22,632 nucleotides of DNA from Chiloscyllium plagiosum. Its lineage: Eukaryota. Positions 20,605 through 22,632 of the stretch are shown here, in pieces; within the stretch, counting starts at the first letter, position 1, and each line of letters opens with the position of its first letter. The stretch spans positions 5,659,634 through 5,682,265 of the forward strand of contig NC_057749.1 of assembly GCF_004010195.1 (NCBI RefSeq), given 5' to 3'. The position numbers and the translations under genes are program-made. The notes under the pieces were generated by a model that worked only from the letters and a program-made list of their open reading frames with translations, did not search any database and was not told the DNA's origin.

Positions 20605-22483
20605 TTTCAAGAACCCCTCCCCAGCATATGCCTGTTAAATGTCCAAGCCAAACAAGGTGAACGAGCTGAAAGATAGACTCACCGACCAAAGGAAATTGAG
20701 AGACTGCTGTGTGCTCTGTTTTACGGAGACATGGCTCACTCCTGCTACACTTGACTGTGCCTTACAACCTGAGGGTTTCTCAATCCACCAGATGGACAGC
20801 ACAGCATCCTCGGGCAACGCAAAGGGAGGCAGGGTCTGTCTCCTGATCAACACAACTCTTGTTGCTTGGACATGATGACTGGCAAGATACTGCTTCCTGG
20901 GCCTAGAATATCTAATGGTGAAGTGCCATCCCAACTACCTTCCACAGCAGTTTGCTTCTGCTATCCTGGCAGCAGTTTATATCCCACCCCATATAAAAGT
21001 AAAGAGCATACTTGATGAAATATACACTGCCACAAATAGCCTTATGACGGAATACCCCAAGGCCTTGTTCATCACAGCTAGTGACTTCAAGAGGGATAAC
21101 CTCAAGAGTGTGCGACCAAGATATCATCAACATGGCTCCTGTCCCACCAATCACCCTGGACCATTGCTGAACAACCAGCAATGACACCTACCATTCTATT
21201 CCACTCCCGCATTTTGGTAACTCAGTCAATAAGATTGTGCTCCTTCTCCCAGCTCACAGGCAGAAACTGAAGTGTGAGGATCTGGTACAGAAAGGTGTAC
21301 CCCGCTGGTCTGAGGTAATGAATGAGCTCCGAAGTGATTGCTTGGAATCGATGGACTGATCCATCATCAACAACTCAATGGTCAACCTAAATGAGTATGC
21401 CATTACCATCACAGACTTCATCAGTAAGAGTGTAGAGGACTGTGGTGCTAAAGAAGTTAATCTGAGTGTACCCCAACCAGAAACCATGAATGAATCAGGA
21501 GATCCACTCCCTACTGAAGTCCAGGTCTGAGGCGGTCAAGTCAGGTGACCCTGACCTATACAGGAAATCTAGATACAATCTTCACAAAGTCATCAGGGAC
21601 ACCGAGAGACAATACCAAACTAAACTAGAGTCCCAGACTAACCACACAAACATAGATCGACTGTGACAAGGCTAATATGACATAATGGACTACAAAGCTA
21701 AGCTGAATAGAATCGCTGACAACAGTGTATCCCTCCCTGATGGGCTCAATGCATTCTATGCTAGTTTTGATCAGAAGGTCAGTGAAATGGTGTCACCTGC
21801 CCCTGACAGCCTCGGGTGTACCTATACCCACACTCACTGCCACAGGGGTCAGATCAGCGTTCTGGAGGGTGAACCCACGGAAAGCAACAGGCCCGGATGT
21901 AGCCCTCGGCTGTGCACTCAGATCCTGTGCAGACCAGCCGGTGAGAGTATTTTCAGAGATCTTTAACCTCCCCGTACTACAATGTGAGGTTCTCACCTGC
22001 TTCAAGATGACCACCATCATCCCAATGTCAAAGAAAAATCAGGCAATGTGCCTTAATGCCTACCATCTGGTGGCTCTGACCTCCATCATTATGAAGTGCT
22101 TCGAGAAGTTAGTCTTGGCACATATCAACTCCAGCCTCCCAGACTGCTTTGATCCTCTACAATTCACTGATTGTCACAATAGGTCCACAGCAGACGCCAT
22201 CTCCCTGGCCCTACACTCATCCCTGGAACATCTGGATAACACAGACATCTGCATCAGAGTCCTAGTTATTGACTTTGGTTCCCTTCCAACAACATCATTC
22301 CAACAAAATCCACCTCCAAACTCCAAGATCTATGACTCTGCTCCTCCCTCTGCAACTGAATCCTTGACTTCCTGACCCTCAGACCGCAATCAGTAAGGAA
22401 AGGCAACAACATCTCCTCCGTAATCCTCAACACTGGTATCTGCAAGGCTGCATACTCAGCCCTTTACTATACTCCTTATACAT
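20605..22483 (+). mobile_element. Decayed Rex1/Babar-type LINE ORF (AP endonuclease plus N-terminal RT), many stops and frameshifts
   Basis: CVLCFTETWL, GGRVCLLIN and AVYIPP (APE); KATGPD, IIPMSKK, VALTSIIMKCFEKLV, DPLQF and RSTADAI (RT). Cut at ~22484 by a Penelope-like element. Confidence 0.85.
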
Positions 22484-22632
22484 TCATTCTGGATTAGTGG
22501 TGCTGGAAGAGCACAGCAGTTCAGGCAGCATCCAAGGAGCAGCGAAATCGACGTTTTGGGCAAAAGCCCTTCATCAGGAATAAAGGCAGTGAGCCTGAAG
22601 CGTGGAGAGATAAGCTAGAGGAGGGTGGGGGT
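22484..22632 (-). mobile_element. End of a longer Penelope-like element (family A terminal repeat plus internal sequence), running off the window
   Basis: Minus 22550-22577 CTGATGAAGGGCTTTTGCCCAAAACGTC (GAAA changed to AAAA). Unlike the short copies, it appears to continue into purine-rich internal sequence (gaataaaggcagtgagcctg...). Confidence 0.65.

Noticed and set aside
20639..22375. ORFs as an active retrotransposon or host gene
   Set aside because: APE and RT motifs are scattered across frames with stops, so this is a dead LINE.
19415..22483. Single circularly permuted Rex/Babar element (3' part before 5' part)
   Set aside because: The first piece ends in its own aataaa/(aattc)n tail and ~250 bp of unrelated DNA separates the two. 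Two independent insertions is the simpler explanation.

Overview
Eukaryotic (vertebrate) genomic DNA, almost certainly from a cartilaginous fish; the repeat content looks shark-like. The window is the middle of a minus-strand dual oxidase (DUOX) gene. Five GT-AG exons with compatible phases (12170-11985, 10824-10599, 7377-7284, 5298-5123, 3891-3828) encode the cytosolic linker and EF-hand region. The flanking DUOX exons were not found and probably lie outside the window. The introns are packed with retroelements: HE1-type tRNA SINEs, a Deu-domain SINE, CR1, L2 and Rex1/Babar LINE remnants. The most striking signal is about 12 short Penelope-like insertions in two families. They carry minimal hammerhead ribozyme motifs (CTGAnGA-a-stem II-GAAACGTH), most are flanked by 7-14 bp target-site duplications, and several form head-to-head palindromes that fold back at the 5' edge of the ribozyme. 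Also seen: a recent ~600 bp tandem duplication and a probable decayed duplicate of a DUOX exon. Apart from 11928..12215, which overlaps a real exon, the supplied ORFs appear to be repeat-derived or spurious. Repeat family names come from recalled consensus sequences, not from database searches.
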